This document shows, in pieces, positions 36,701 through 48,689 of a stretch of DNA of 64,000 bases (within the stretch, counting starts at the first letter, position 1; each line of letters starts with the position of its first letter). The translations under genes and the position numbers were made by a program. Under the pieces are notes generated by a model. It was not told the origin of the DNA, made no database searches, and worked only from the letters and a program-made list of their open reading frames with translations. This DNA comes from Pecten maximus. Taxonomy: Eukaryota. Location: contig NW_022983091.1 in NCBI RefSeq assembly GCF_902652985.1, positions 1-64,000 of the forward strand, given 5' to 3'.

Positions 36701-37771
36701 AGTTACTTAAACCAGAAGTGTTAACCGATGTGCGCGAATGTTTCACAGATCGTCAAAGAAAGCAGAAATTCTACTATGATCGTGGTACAAAACTGGAAGA
36801 AACTCTTAGTAAATGACAAAGGGTTAGAGTAAAGAGTGATGACAAAAAGGAATGGCACTCTGCTAAGGTTGTCGAAAAGGACCCAGGATCCTCAAGATCC
36901 TATAGAGTTAAACGGAAAGATGGAAGCATCATCCGGAGGAATCGAAGTCATATAATTCCAGTTCGCGAAAAAGTCGTCCAGGAAAATCTTGATAACTTGG
37001 AATCTTGTGTGTCCCCTGACAGTGACACAATTGATCTTAAATGTGAGGAAGGTGAAACCAAAGAAAATGTCCTAACCTCTCCTGCAGCTGTTGGTTCAAC
37101 AAATTCAAACGCGTATGTAACTAGGAGTGGTAGACAGTCCAAAACCCCTTCCAGACTGGATGACTATGAAGTGTATTGGTGTTAAGTGACAGTGTTATTC
37201 ATTATAGTTCATTTGTTTAGTTATTTCCAAAGACTGGGCTAAAGTCAGATAACTTTAACCACATGGTTATTATTTCAAATAATTATTATAGTATAAACCA
37301 TTAAGAACTGATTTAAAAACTTTAAAAGGGAGATGTCACATAATGTTGATAAAGACATTCCGGAATTATCATACCGGAAACGGATCCTATTGCATAATGT
37401 ATTATGTAAGCTTTGGCATGATCCTGATTAAATCAGTGTTACAAATGGAGCTTGACCTTACTTGACCTTATTATTACAGTTGCAGGGATCGGGTCTGGAT
37501 GTTCATCAGTTGGGCCCTTTCCACCTACGAAATGCAAACTGCAAATATAGGTATCTTTGGTGACGTTCCTCTCAGAGAAATTTTCACGAAAGCAAGCTTT
37601 CCTCCATCGGATGCACGTCTCGGGGTTCTTTTTCATCTGAGGGAATCTGATGAAAAACACTGCTTGCATTTCTTCTCTGCTTGCATATCTTGAGTCACTG
37701 TTACATTTCCCATATGCACAGTGATTTGTCGCTCCTTTCTTTATCGAGCCTATCGTTGAAACCGACGCCAT
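30748..37771 (-). pseudogene. THAP + HTH + DDE_Tnp_4 (Harbinger-like) transposase, multi-exon
   Basis: THAP exon 37771-~37478 (CAYGKC...RFP...W...ICSLHF...PIP); small exons near 32850-32690 and 32215-32090; catalytic exon with ILDATE, MVGRGF (D to G) and RIHVERVI; frameshifts. Confidence 0.88.
33431..37443 (+). mobile_element. Ty3/Gypsy (Mag-like) LTR retrotransposon, 5'-truncated, in a transposase intron
   Basis: Gag with two Cys/His knuckles, protease LDTGA, RT IIDDIL, RNase H VDAS...TDH, integrase GFD/TDNG/NGMVE. PPT aaaagggaga then a 3' LTR TGTCACA...TGTTACA at 37334-37443 (110 bp). Few lesions. Confidence 0.93.
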
Positions 37772-38374
37772 GCCGTAGCCTACCTAGCTAGTTCGCGGCT
37801 AGTTTGTCCGAAAAAGATGGCGCCCGGCGCAAAGCATACTGGGATAGAATCTATTTATAGATCTAGGTTATCCATCGGTGCTATTAGCATAACTAGAATG
37901 CATAGCTTTTATAATCTGTCAATTTGTTTCAAGTCATATCGTCCCAAAATATATATAGCTATATACAGTGCCGAAATGGTTTCTTTCAGATGCATGCTGT
38001 GACGAAATGTTTTGCTTCGATGACATCAACAAAATGCCAATTCGCCCTGAAAGTGAAAAACACAAATCTCATTTAATAGCAAAATAATGGATGCAGGCTT
38101 AAAGCCTCTATATCCATACCATAATAACAAATACATTCAATATTAATGTAGTAATTTGGTGCGGTATACAGCTTAAGCGTTAAGGAATTGGTATTATTAT
38201 TATAATTGGTAGCTGAAACAATTATTTTTGCAATGTTCATCTAGAGCAATCTCAAAATTTAAAGTGCTGCCCGCCTCTACAACAGATTGTGGCAAGCTGT
38301 TGAATATATCTACTATTCTTGGACTGAAAAAGTTTTTCCTTATATGCAGACGACATCTTTTCTGATATATTTCT

Positions 38375-38407
38375 GCCCTGCAGGTAGGGCGAAGAAATGT
38401 ACCTGCT
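38375..38407 (+). repeat. Pseudoknot head stub
   Basis: gccctgcaggtagggcgaagaaatgtacctgct, matching 2480 onward. Confidence 0.85.
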
Positions 38408-39009
38408 TGTAGATTGTAGCTTCCGGAGTTAGCATCTTTCTCAAACAGAAACTTTGTTTACCGTTACTTGGTAGATACAGATTCATTTTAAATAATAATG
38501 TCTTAACTGTTCCTGAGATTTTTTTTTCTAATACCTAAACTTCTAACGAGATTTGGATACATCAATTTGGTTGAGGAAAGAAAACAAAAAGACAATTTGT
38601 TGTTGGTGCGCTGATTCTCAGTAACTATAGTACCCTATATCTTGACTGGTGTGTTTGGTGGAGATACTCCTTTGTTGTAGGTTCACTGATTCTCAGTAAC
38701 TATAACATCCATTTCTAGACTGGTCTTTTTATTGATGGCGGACATTTCTATTTAAAAACATTGGTATATAGTCTTAACTGGACACCGATAATGATACTGT
38801 TCAATTTCGGTTAATATGATAGTCATTGAAACAATGATACTGTTCTATTTCAGATAGCCGTAAATCTATTTTTAACTGGTGAACTACTTCACTCTGATTA
38901 TCCTTAAGGAGTTAGGAGTGATCCTGATCGTCCTTTATTCCGATCCTTTGATCTTGTAGGATTCAGGAGCAGGACGATGTGGTCCAACCCTATTATACAA
39001 CTACTCACA

Positions 39010-40537
39010 GATTACCTTCCTTAAACAACACCAAACCCAGCAAAGGCTCAGATGACCCTATCAACGGTCATAACAGGTATGACGCTCTTGCGGACGACAG
39101 TGAGTTTGGTGACAGTAATGCTGCTGTTTCCAGACAGCCTACACCTAGTAGTCTTGTCAGTCCAAAGAGCGTCCATCACGAACGTGGATAGTGGTCAGCA
39201 ATACGAACAATTTTATTATACAATGGAACATACGTGGACTAAGGGCAAATTTAGAAGAGTTTCAAAATTTAGCAAAATAATTTAGACCTGCCTTATTTTG
39301 TCTGCAGGAGGTCATGCTTAAAAACCCAATTACTTTCAGAAATTTCTCGCTCTACAATAGCATCGCAACGGTAGGAAACAGAGGTGGCGCAGCTGTAGGT
39401 GTCCATAAAAATGTTCCTCACAGAATTATCACGTTAAACACAAATTTACAGGCTGTTGCTGTCTGTGCAACTTTACACAGACAAGTAACTATCTGTTCAA
39501 TTGATCTTCCTCCGAGTATTGCTTTCACATACATTATTCTCGGAGATTTTAATTGGCATAACAGTCTTTGGGGCTCTCCGAACACAGATGAGAGAGGAAG
39601 ACGCATTGAGGAATTTATAGATAAAACAACTTGTGTCTTTTTAACAATAATACCCCAACATATATACACCATGCTACAGGCTCTCTTACCCACATAGACC
39701 TATCATTATGCCATCCATCCATATTACTCGATTATAACTGGAGGGTAAATGATGATCTATGTGGGAGTGACTACTTCCCTATTTTTCTTAAGAATATTGG
39801 GACTCCTCTTGATAAACCACTTCCTCGATGGAATGTGCACAAAGCAGATTGGGTCCAATTCCAACACCTGTGCAACGAGGAGCTTACTGTAGTAAAATTC
39901 ACTAACCTCGATGACCCAATTAAAACATTCACTGAAACTCTTACTTCTATTGCCACAAAAACGATACCAAAGTCCGTCCCAAAACCTACAAAGTTCCTTT
40001 TATCTGAAGAATCTTTTATCAATAGATCCGGCCGAAAGGCAGCTCTAAGACGATCCTTGACTTCCCCTACAACTGAAAATTAGAATAATTTTAAAATTTG
40101 GAGGGCGAAGGCTCGGCGATCTATTAAGTCCGACAAAAAGAATAGCCGGAAGGAATACATTTCTTAAATATCTTCAAATACATCATCTAAACAGACGGGA
40201 TCAGGTATGAAAAATAAGTGGAAAACGAAAAACAGCACCATCATCCCATCTTATCAACAATAACCAAATCTTCTCTTCTTCATCTGAAATTGCAAATGCA
40301 TTTGCTAAAAATATAGCCCAGAACTCATCCGCCAAAAATCACTCCAAAAATCACTCCAAAAAATTCCAAACTTTCACAAAAGACAAAGAAAAGAAACGTC
40401 TTAATTTCAAATCATCCAACACAGAAAGTTACCACAAGCCTTTCGATCTCCCCGAGTTGCTTGAATCGCTAAAAAGATCAAACGATTCAGCAGCTGGGCC
40501 AGATGAAATTCCGTACCAATTCCTGAAACATTTACCA
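39010..40537 (+). mobile_element. Internal fragment of the same I/Nimb LINE family (ORF1 end + APE domain)
   Basis: Collinear with the reverse complement of ~24610-26175. Confidence 0.92.
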
Positions 40538-40541
40538 GTTT

Positions 40542-40567
40542 CAATTCTTACGCGCTACCTGCAGGGC
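40542..40567 (-). repeat. Pseudoknot head stub
   Basis: Minus strand gccctgcaggtagcgcgtaagaattg. Confidence 0.85.
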
Positions 40568-40569
40568 AG

Positions 40570-40919
40570 GAATGTAAATATATGCAGATGAGCTCAACGA
40601 AATGTGTTCCTCCTCGCCAATGGAAGCGGTGAAAGACTGATTAAGTGACAAGAAACCTTCCAGAAACCTTGAAAAATATGAGGAAAAAGGCCTTTGGAGC
40701 AGAATAGTAGAATTATGTTCTGCATACTTGGAGCAGAATAGTAGAATTATGTTCTGCATACTATATGCAGAACATAATTCTACTATTCTGCTCCAAAGGC
40801 CTTTTTCTTAATATTTTCAAGGTTTCTGGAAGGTTTCTTGTCTCTTAACCAGTCTTTCACCGCTTCCATTGGCGAGGAGGAACACATTTCGTTGTGCTCA
40901 TCTGCATATATTTACATTC
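40570..40919. repeat. Foldback inverted repeat (~160-bp arms) with a 34-bp direct duplication at the apex
   Basis: gaatgtaaatatatgcagatgag... is the reverse complement of ...ctcatctgcatatatttacattc; centre ~40761-40763. Confidence 0.95.
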
Positions 40920-42009
40920 TGTGTTGCATTTGCCTATATGTCGTTAGTAAACCAAATTGTATTCATGAGACTGTATACTACAATTTACAGTGATTCGGTC
41001 AGTGTAGGAATACAGCTTCAGGTGTTGTAGGTTAAAACAATGGTCCCCAGTTACATTCGGTCTAGAGAGCATTCGAATGCTAGCATTTATCTACATAAAC
41101 CAACACAAAAAAGCAACGCAAGTTATGAGAGTAAAATATTATAATAAAAAAAAATTGATAGGCTCTATTCCTGATCTACAGGAAGTAATCAAATTGTCAC
41201 TGTCGTCACACAGGGGTTCGTTGTCGAATTGTCAGAAATGCTAGACACGCCAACATTAAAATTCCAGCATTTATAAAAAAGAATCTTACGAAAAATCGGC
41301 AGTATCGACGTGGTTTATGTTATTCACTGATGTCAAAGGCCTACTATACTCCAAAATCGAGCCCCTGTGAAGTTGAACATCGTCTGCTAAGTTAGCGACA
41401 CTGATGTGACCGGTTAGACTGGATTATGTTTCTAATGAAATATCCTTGGAATCGTTTTCATCTACTCTCAAGACGACGTTCATTTAGAATTTAAGAGATA
41501 ATATTCCTCTGAAAATAACGTATATCCAGTCGATAGAAACATAAGTGTTTCCGAGGAATCGAGTCTGTCCAGTACAATACCCGTTCAACGCCGCATCACT
41601 TCTAAATGTTAACCGTATATCATTGCGCCGGAAAACGGCTTTATTTTTAAACAATCAGAAATTATGCATTTGTGAACAATTTGAAGATATCTAGAAACGT
41701 TTATAAAATATACTATAAAGCCAAATTGTGCAAAAAACATTTCATGTGATTGCTATTGATAACGACATGAGGGACTTTATTATTCTTTCTGGAAATTTCG
41801 GCTGTTCCGGTATTTGAACTTAATGATGTCAGTGATGGGAGAAGCGGCAAATTTAAACGCGTCTTAAGCTACAGTAAATAAAATAAAATTAGAAATGTAA
41901 ATATAAGCATTGAACTGTTACCAAATGGTAGTATACAGTCGATATGAATACAATTTGGGTGACAGATAAATATTTCATTAGGGTGACATGAAATATCAGT
42001 TCAATGCTT

Positions 42010-42659
42010 AAAAGGATATTTCGCATCTGGATTAAGCAGATGGAACGTAACCATACCCAATGACCAAATGTCCATTCGTTTTAGCGTTCCAATGTCAGCA
42101 TGTGTAGTGCGTCTAAGAATGGCTTCAGGGGCCATATAAACAGGTGAACCTCTTTATCAAATTTAAAGTGCTTGTTTTATATAAGGTTCGAGTTTGCATC
42201 AGCAATTATCTGGATTCCCCAGATGTCAGTAAGTTTGGCTACAACTGGTTTATTGAGCCACCAATACTTCAGATCTTCCTCCCTGCATTCCAAATAATGT
42301 TGGTTTGACACAAGGATGTTATCGGGTTTTAAATCACGATGAACTATTCCTTTCTCGTGCAGATAGTCCAGGCCTGTACATATATCTAACGCTAAATGAT
42401 AGGGCATGTGTTCAAAACCTTCGAAGCCATTAATTCGATCGCACGTTTTCAAAAGATCCTTTACATTTGAAACAGAATCATTGTTCAGATTGAGTGTTTC
42501 AAAAGAGAATGACATAAATTCTAGAAGGGAGTTATCAGTCATTGGATATCCGTGAATTTGCAAAACATTTGGATGCCCTTTCAATGATGCCATCAATTTT
42601 GCCTCCTTAAGAAATAAATCATTCTCATTGTCTGTATTTTGTAACTCGCAACTCCGCAT
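42010..42659 (-). pseudogene. Ser/Thr protein kinase fragment, intronless
   Basis: FLKEAKLM...HPNV, HRDLKPDNILV, frameshift at the DFG position, GSPVYMAPE, DIWSLG; the Gly-rich loop is missing. Confidence 0.88.
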
Positions 42660-42692
42660 TTTGCAACTCGCAACTCGAAGAAAGAAACTCTC

Positions 42693-42715
42693 TTCTTACG
42701 CCCTACCTGCAGGGC
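42693..42715 (-). repeat. Pseudoknot head stub
   Basis: Minus strand gccctgcaggtagggcgtaagaa, 23/23 identical to 2480-2502. Confidence 0.85.
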
Positions 42716-43883
42716 CAACTCTAATAGAATAAACTAGATTTACATGATTTGGTGTTGTGCATTAGGTACTTTTATTCACTTTTAATTGGAATACTATTTT
42801 GGAATAATATATTCCTGGATAAAATGCAGTATATATAATGAGGTAAGTGAGACTTCTGTATCCATGTGTATAAATTGACCATGTGCTGTAGCACGTGCTT
42901 ATGTTGTTTTGTGTTTATATTCTAGGTGATGGAAGTTCACCTAAGGTCAGATTTATTCATATTCGGAATGGGAGCAATTTCAGATTGTCCAGAATTAATC
43001 TCACTTCAGATTTTTGTGCTGTAGATTCTAATTATATATTAATTTATCAAAAAATTGAAGAAAACAAAATTGTTCTTTAAATCTTGAGCTTTATCCACAA
43101 TATTTTGATGAATTATTGTATTTGATTTTTCGGCATAGCCGTATAATTTTCTTTTGACAGGTGGCGTTACTGGTCAAGATGAAGTATGTGATTGGTCAAT
43201 GTAGCCGTAAATGCAAAATGCAGATATGCAGTTAAAAACGAAACAAAGATAAGATTGAATGCAAGCTGAATAAGTAGATTATCTTTTTAAATGACACATT
43301 AATAAAATCATATTCCTGATTCAAATGCAGTTTTATTATTACTAAAAATGATTCAAACTAAGATAATTTTGTTCTTCGTGCTAAAACGCATTAGTTCGGT
43401 AATTTATTTCACCATTATAACCATCAGCATTAAAACTATGCCTTTTATCTTTTTTAAAGATATTTCCTGTTTCTGGTACTTTAGAAATTACCGAAAAAAT
43501 TGTCTGAGCTGTTATCTCAGCTGCTAAAAACTAGACTTTTTCAAAAGGCTCCGCCTCTTACCTTTTATAATCTACCCTCCCCCCACCCCCCGGTTAATCT
43601 CTAACAACATCCCATAAGAGGTCACGTCGGGGTGACCTTTTGGATTAGCCAATCAAATGACTGCTTCCATAATAGTGAATTGTATGTGTCCGAATTAACA
43701 TGACCAGAGTGCATAGCTGTCAATTTGTTTCAAGTCATTTCGTCACAGAAAACATATAGCTATGAATTTATACATGGTGTACCGAGATGGTTTATTTCAG
43801 TTTCGACAAATTGACAATTCACCCTGAAAGTGAAATACCCTGATGCGATGTTAGACGTTCATGTAACGTAGTGAGAATGGCCA

Positions 43884-46800
43884 TCTAAATTTTAATTAGA
43901 TTGGGTTTCTTCGATGGGGTGTATTCTCCAGTCGACCACCTCTTGTAAGAAATGAATGTAAACAAGAACACCAACGCTAGTAAGTAATGTTTCAACACAT
44001 AAGGGGCTGCTCGGGTGGGCTGTTCTGAGCTGTTCCGAACTGTTCCGCACAACACGATGACCCGAGTGCAAATGGACAGGAAGTGATATCCCGAGTGCAA
44101 ATGGACAGGAAGTGATGTCCCGAGTGCAAATGGAAAGGAAGTTGATACTATACAATATGGCGGACATGGCGCTGATGACTGTTGTTGCCGATTTCATGGG
44201 TGTATTTGACGCATGGAGGAAGACGGATATAGAACAGGACTGTCTACCCGTATTTCTGAACGGACTGATAGAACTTTTGTAAGCTATTTGGTGTTTTTTA
44301 AACGAACATTAATGTTCGGTTATTGCCATCAAGAACTGGACTGAGAAATATGACCATATTTGGTAGCCACATTCACCAATACGCCATCTACTGTCTGTTT
44401 CAATGAAATATGGCTGCCCCCATTGCCTTACGCTTCAAATAATTTACTTGCAAAAACATCTTCGTTTTATGTAGTAGTTTTACCGAAAATGTTGAAATGT
44501 ATTCAGTAGATGTTTTCAAGATGCATACGATTTGAGAAATGCATAACGCTAGCGAAATGTGAAGACTAAATGAACCTGAACTTTGCGAATAACTCCAGGT
44601 CAATATATTTATGTAAACAAATATTGCGCAGGCGCATTCGTCTCCGGATGTTTAGAAAGTTTTGCTCTTCCGTGTTCATTCCAAAACGGCTGACATTATA
44701 GCATAGGTCTGCAAATATGTCCGCGATTTACTTAAATTTGTAATATATATATTCTAGAATGTTACATCATTATCAACTAGATGAGTATTTCTATAATTTA
44801 GAGAAAGAAATATATCAATAACGGCATACGAGACGATACATTGTATCATACTATAGGTACGAGACGATACATTGTATCATACTATAGGTTACTGAACATG
44901 TTTGCGAGAAAGATAGATACTAGGTGGCATTTGTGGTCAGGGTGACTGGTCATAGCGTTAACATTGTCATCGATTTCCATATTCCATTTTCCTTTGACGA
45001 AAACGACCAATAAATCAAATGCAAATGATAATATCTTGTTGCCATGTGCACGGGATTGGTTGTTGTAGGCGATACTTGGAACGTATTTACTGTTGTAAGG
45101 GAGGTAACTGCAAGATTACGGAAATCAAACGTTAAACCAATTTGATTGGTCGTTTCTTCCATGACTTTGGCAATGGGTTTACAATCGAGGTGACAGATAA
45201 CTACGGCAATATTCAGATGATATCCACAATAACATTTTTAGATACGTGTGGTCGGCAGTTGTCATGTTTAAAATGAACAATTATATAGCTTGTTTTTATT
45301 TCGGCAAAGTCGAGAATATTTACTGAAACGGACCACAGGTGAAGCAGACTTGGAAATACCGAAACGAAGAAAAACGGGGCTTAATTATAATATAGGCCTA
45401 AATTGGCATTATTTTCAGAGAATTGACCCACATATATGTTTTTCAATGCCTATTTGTATCGTATGTAAAATATTAGAGGTTTACAAATTTTAAATTAATT
45501 TTTCATTTGCGAATCGCGGCCCGATTGTCGTTAGAGTTGAATTACCGAAATGGCCGATAGTGGACCCAAATCGACATTTTTACGAGAGAATGGACCCAAT
45601 ATAGGATCTATTAATCTTTGGTGTGTGTATAGAGACCTGGAAGTATTTTGAAAGAATTTGCAAAATACCGAATTCACGATCAAATTTTCGATTGTGACGA
45701 ACTACTGAGACGGTGTTAGTTCATGTCAAGTCAATCTGATTAAAATCAACTGTTACATGATATGGCTATACGTTTAGTATGCACTACTCCTACGTATTTT
45801 TTTTATAGCCGGAAAACGGAAATCCGGATTATCTAAAAACAAATGCAAAAAGACTTGTGATATTCACTTAATTTGATATTCAGCCATTAATTGTTATTTG
45901 TAGTTTTATAACTTCTGAAATAGTGTGATTGATTCTCTATATAATATTGCTGTGGAACTTGTGTTATTTTTCAAACAAATTCATTTTGATAATTTGTTAA
46001 TTTAGAACGTTCATCAAGTCATGATCAAGACTTGAAATTCTCGCTACACCATACTTCAAACACAGTAATCAATGAATTGATCAATTGAAAATTGAAGTCA
46101 AGCAAATGAGTTAATATTTACCTAAATAATTTTTCAATATACAACACATGTTCAGATGACTATTTGTGCCATGCTGTTACAAGATTTCAGTTGCAATTCT
46201 AAAAGTCAAGCAAATGAATTAATATTTACCTAAATAATTTTTCAATATACAACATATGTTCAGATGACTATTTGTCCCATGCTGTTACAAGATTTCAGTT
46301 ACAATTCTAAAAGTCAAGCAAATGAGTTAATATTTACCTAAATAATTTTTCAATATACAACACATGTTCAGATGACTATTTGTGCCATGCTGTTACAAGA
46401 TTTCAGTTATAATTCTAAAATTGAATTAGTATGTAAATATATGTTATACTGTCAATATCCACAAAGCGAGTGTAGTCTACTGTACTCAAAGTCCTGCCAG
46501 TAGATAGCGGTACATATACTTACTGCTTACATCTAGTGCTTACTTGTGTGAACTATAAATCAATAACAAAATGGTTCATATATTCCTATATATGACTTCA
46601 CAAATTATGCGGTGTCTGAAGATCTGAATGAAGTGAATAAACGATGTATTAAATTATTTTTATGAAATATCCAAGTCATAGATCATTCTTTTTTTTAAAT
46701 ACTGATTTCAGGTCCATTTTGGTAATTCAACTATAACGGCAATTAAAATACTTCTCATTTTTTTTAAAGCCGGAAAACGGAAATCCGGATTATCTAAAAA

Positions 46801-48689
46801 CAAATGCAAAAATACTTGTGGTATTCACTTAATTTGATATTTCAGCCGTTAATTGTTTTTTGTAGTTTTATAACTTTTGATATATTGATTCTCTATATAA
46901 TATTGCTGTGGAACTTGTGTTATTTTTCAAACAAATTCATTTTAATAATTTGTTAATTTAAAATTTTCATCAAGTCATGATCAGGACTTGAAATTCTCAC
47001 TACACCATACTTCAAACACGGAGTAATCAATGAATTGATAAACTGAAAATTTACCTTAAATATTTTTTCAATATACAACAAATGTTCAGATGACTATTTG
47101 TGCCATGCTTTTACAAGATTTCAGTTACAATTCTAAAATTGAATTAGTATGTAAATATATGTTATCCTGTCAATATCCACAAAGCGAGTGTAGTTTACTG
47201 TACTCAAAGTCATGCCAGTAGATAGCGTGCGGTACATATACTTACTGCTTACATCTAGTGCTTACTTGTGTGAACTATAAATCAATAACAAAATGGTTAA
47301 TATATTTCTATATATGACTTCACAAATTATGCGGTGTTGAAGATCTGAATGAAGTGAATAAACGATGTATTACATTATTTTTATGAAATATTCAAGTCAT
47401 AGATCATTCTCTTAAAAATATTGATTTCAAGTCCATTTTGGTAATTTTACTATGACGGCAATCAGGCCTAGAATGGCGAATAAACCCCTAATATTTTACA
47501 TATGATTAATTTTGACATTGGAGAACATATAATTGTGTCCATTCTCTAAGCACTGGTAGAATGTACAGAATAGAGGTTCATAAATATATTCTCAAAATTA
47601 CTAATTACCCCGGTAAATATAACATTTTACATAAACCTCCCATGACTGATGGTGAACTTAAACTTGCAAATCTCCTGTGTCATTCCAATTTTGATATGTG
47701 TAAATATATACACGTACTGTATATATATAGTTATAGATATGGAATGCTTCACAATTTGCATACAGTTATGGAATCTTATAACACCCCCAAAAATGTTCTC
47801 TCCACATAAAGGATGTGATTTGTGCAATTACATTGCTGAATTGTGTGGTTCAGTATGATTGGATGATCAACATTGGAAAAGGACAATAAATAGGGAATGT
47901 GTCGTCCCATCGAATGGATTGTAATCTTTGTGATCAGGTTTGAAGTTGAAAATGAAGCTTGAAGTCTTCTTTTCCTGTTTGCTGAATTATTCGATGAAGA
48001 TAGTCTTTATCTGGTTGTTATTCTTTATCACATTGTTTACAATACTGTAATTATACCAGAAGTTTATCTTCTCATATACAGATTTATTAACATCAAATGA
48101 TTCCTGAACAAAAGGAGTCAGGTGTTTTTGTTTTGAAGTACCATAAATGCTTGACTGAGTACAGTTTCAATAGGATACATTCTTAATTCGGGCCTTGATT
48201 AGCAGCTCTGGTTTTGGTTTTCAGTAATTCTTTATGTGTGTTTCATCATATTAAGTTGAAATGCAACTATGTATGCTAAACTAACGATGGAACTAGCCTA
48301 AATTTAGTGCATATTAGAAGTTGGCATCAATAAGGTCACAGAGTCCTGGCTGTATTATAACTGATGATGCCTTCCCGAAAGAAAGAAGACATATTTTATT
48401 TTCATCGATCCAAGATAGATCAACAAACTTCCAATTTCAATTAGGACCTTACAGAAACATGCATGTGTACAATCAAATCAGAACAGCTGCAAACATTTCA
48501 AATTATTTGCAATTAATTCCTAAACCGATATCAGTAAATTTATCAACTTAAAACTTAGAAGATTACTGATTTTGCATTAAACAATAATGTTCGTTTACAG
48601 TACTTCCAGTACTTTGATTTCATAAAAAAAACAAACGAAATACTATAAAAACAGATCTGCATATTGTACGGTACCGTGCCAAAAGCTAG
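43884..48689 (+). mobile_element. Non-autonomous Helitron (~4.8 kb)
   Basis: Candidate 5' A|TC at 43883/43884; 3' hairpin gtacggtaccgtgc (48666-48679) then CTAG|T (48686-48690); internal part recurs at 57215-58505; no coding capacity. Confidence 0.65.
45800..47460. repeat. Tandem duplication (~960 + ~700 bp) with nested ~119-bp triplication
   Basis: agccggaaaacggaaatccggattatc at ~45808 and ~46768; aagtcaagcaaatga unit x3 at ~46095-46420. Confidence 0.9.

Larger units (their letters stand above)
22006..37852 (-). mobile_element. ISL2EU (PIF/Harbinger-related) transposon 1, heavily nested, left end lost
   Basis: THAP-DDE transposase on the minus strand with a convergent YqaJ on the plus strand. 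Right terminus AT|AGATTCTATCCCAGTATGCTTTGCG at 37852. Confidence 0.82.

Noticed and set aside
37334-37443. 110-bp LTR as a novelty
   Set aside because: Short LTRs are usual for Mag-type Gypsy elements.
37900-43840. Dispersed ~150-bp repeat (37900-38060 and 43710-43840); HINE remnants near 50640-50800 and 52860-53150
   Set aside because: Too degraded to delimit or classify.
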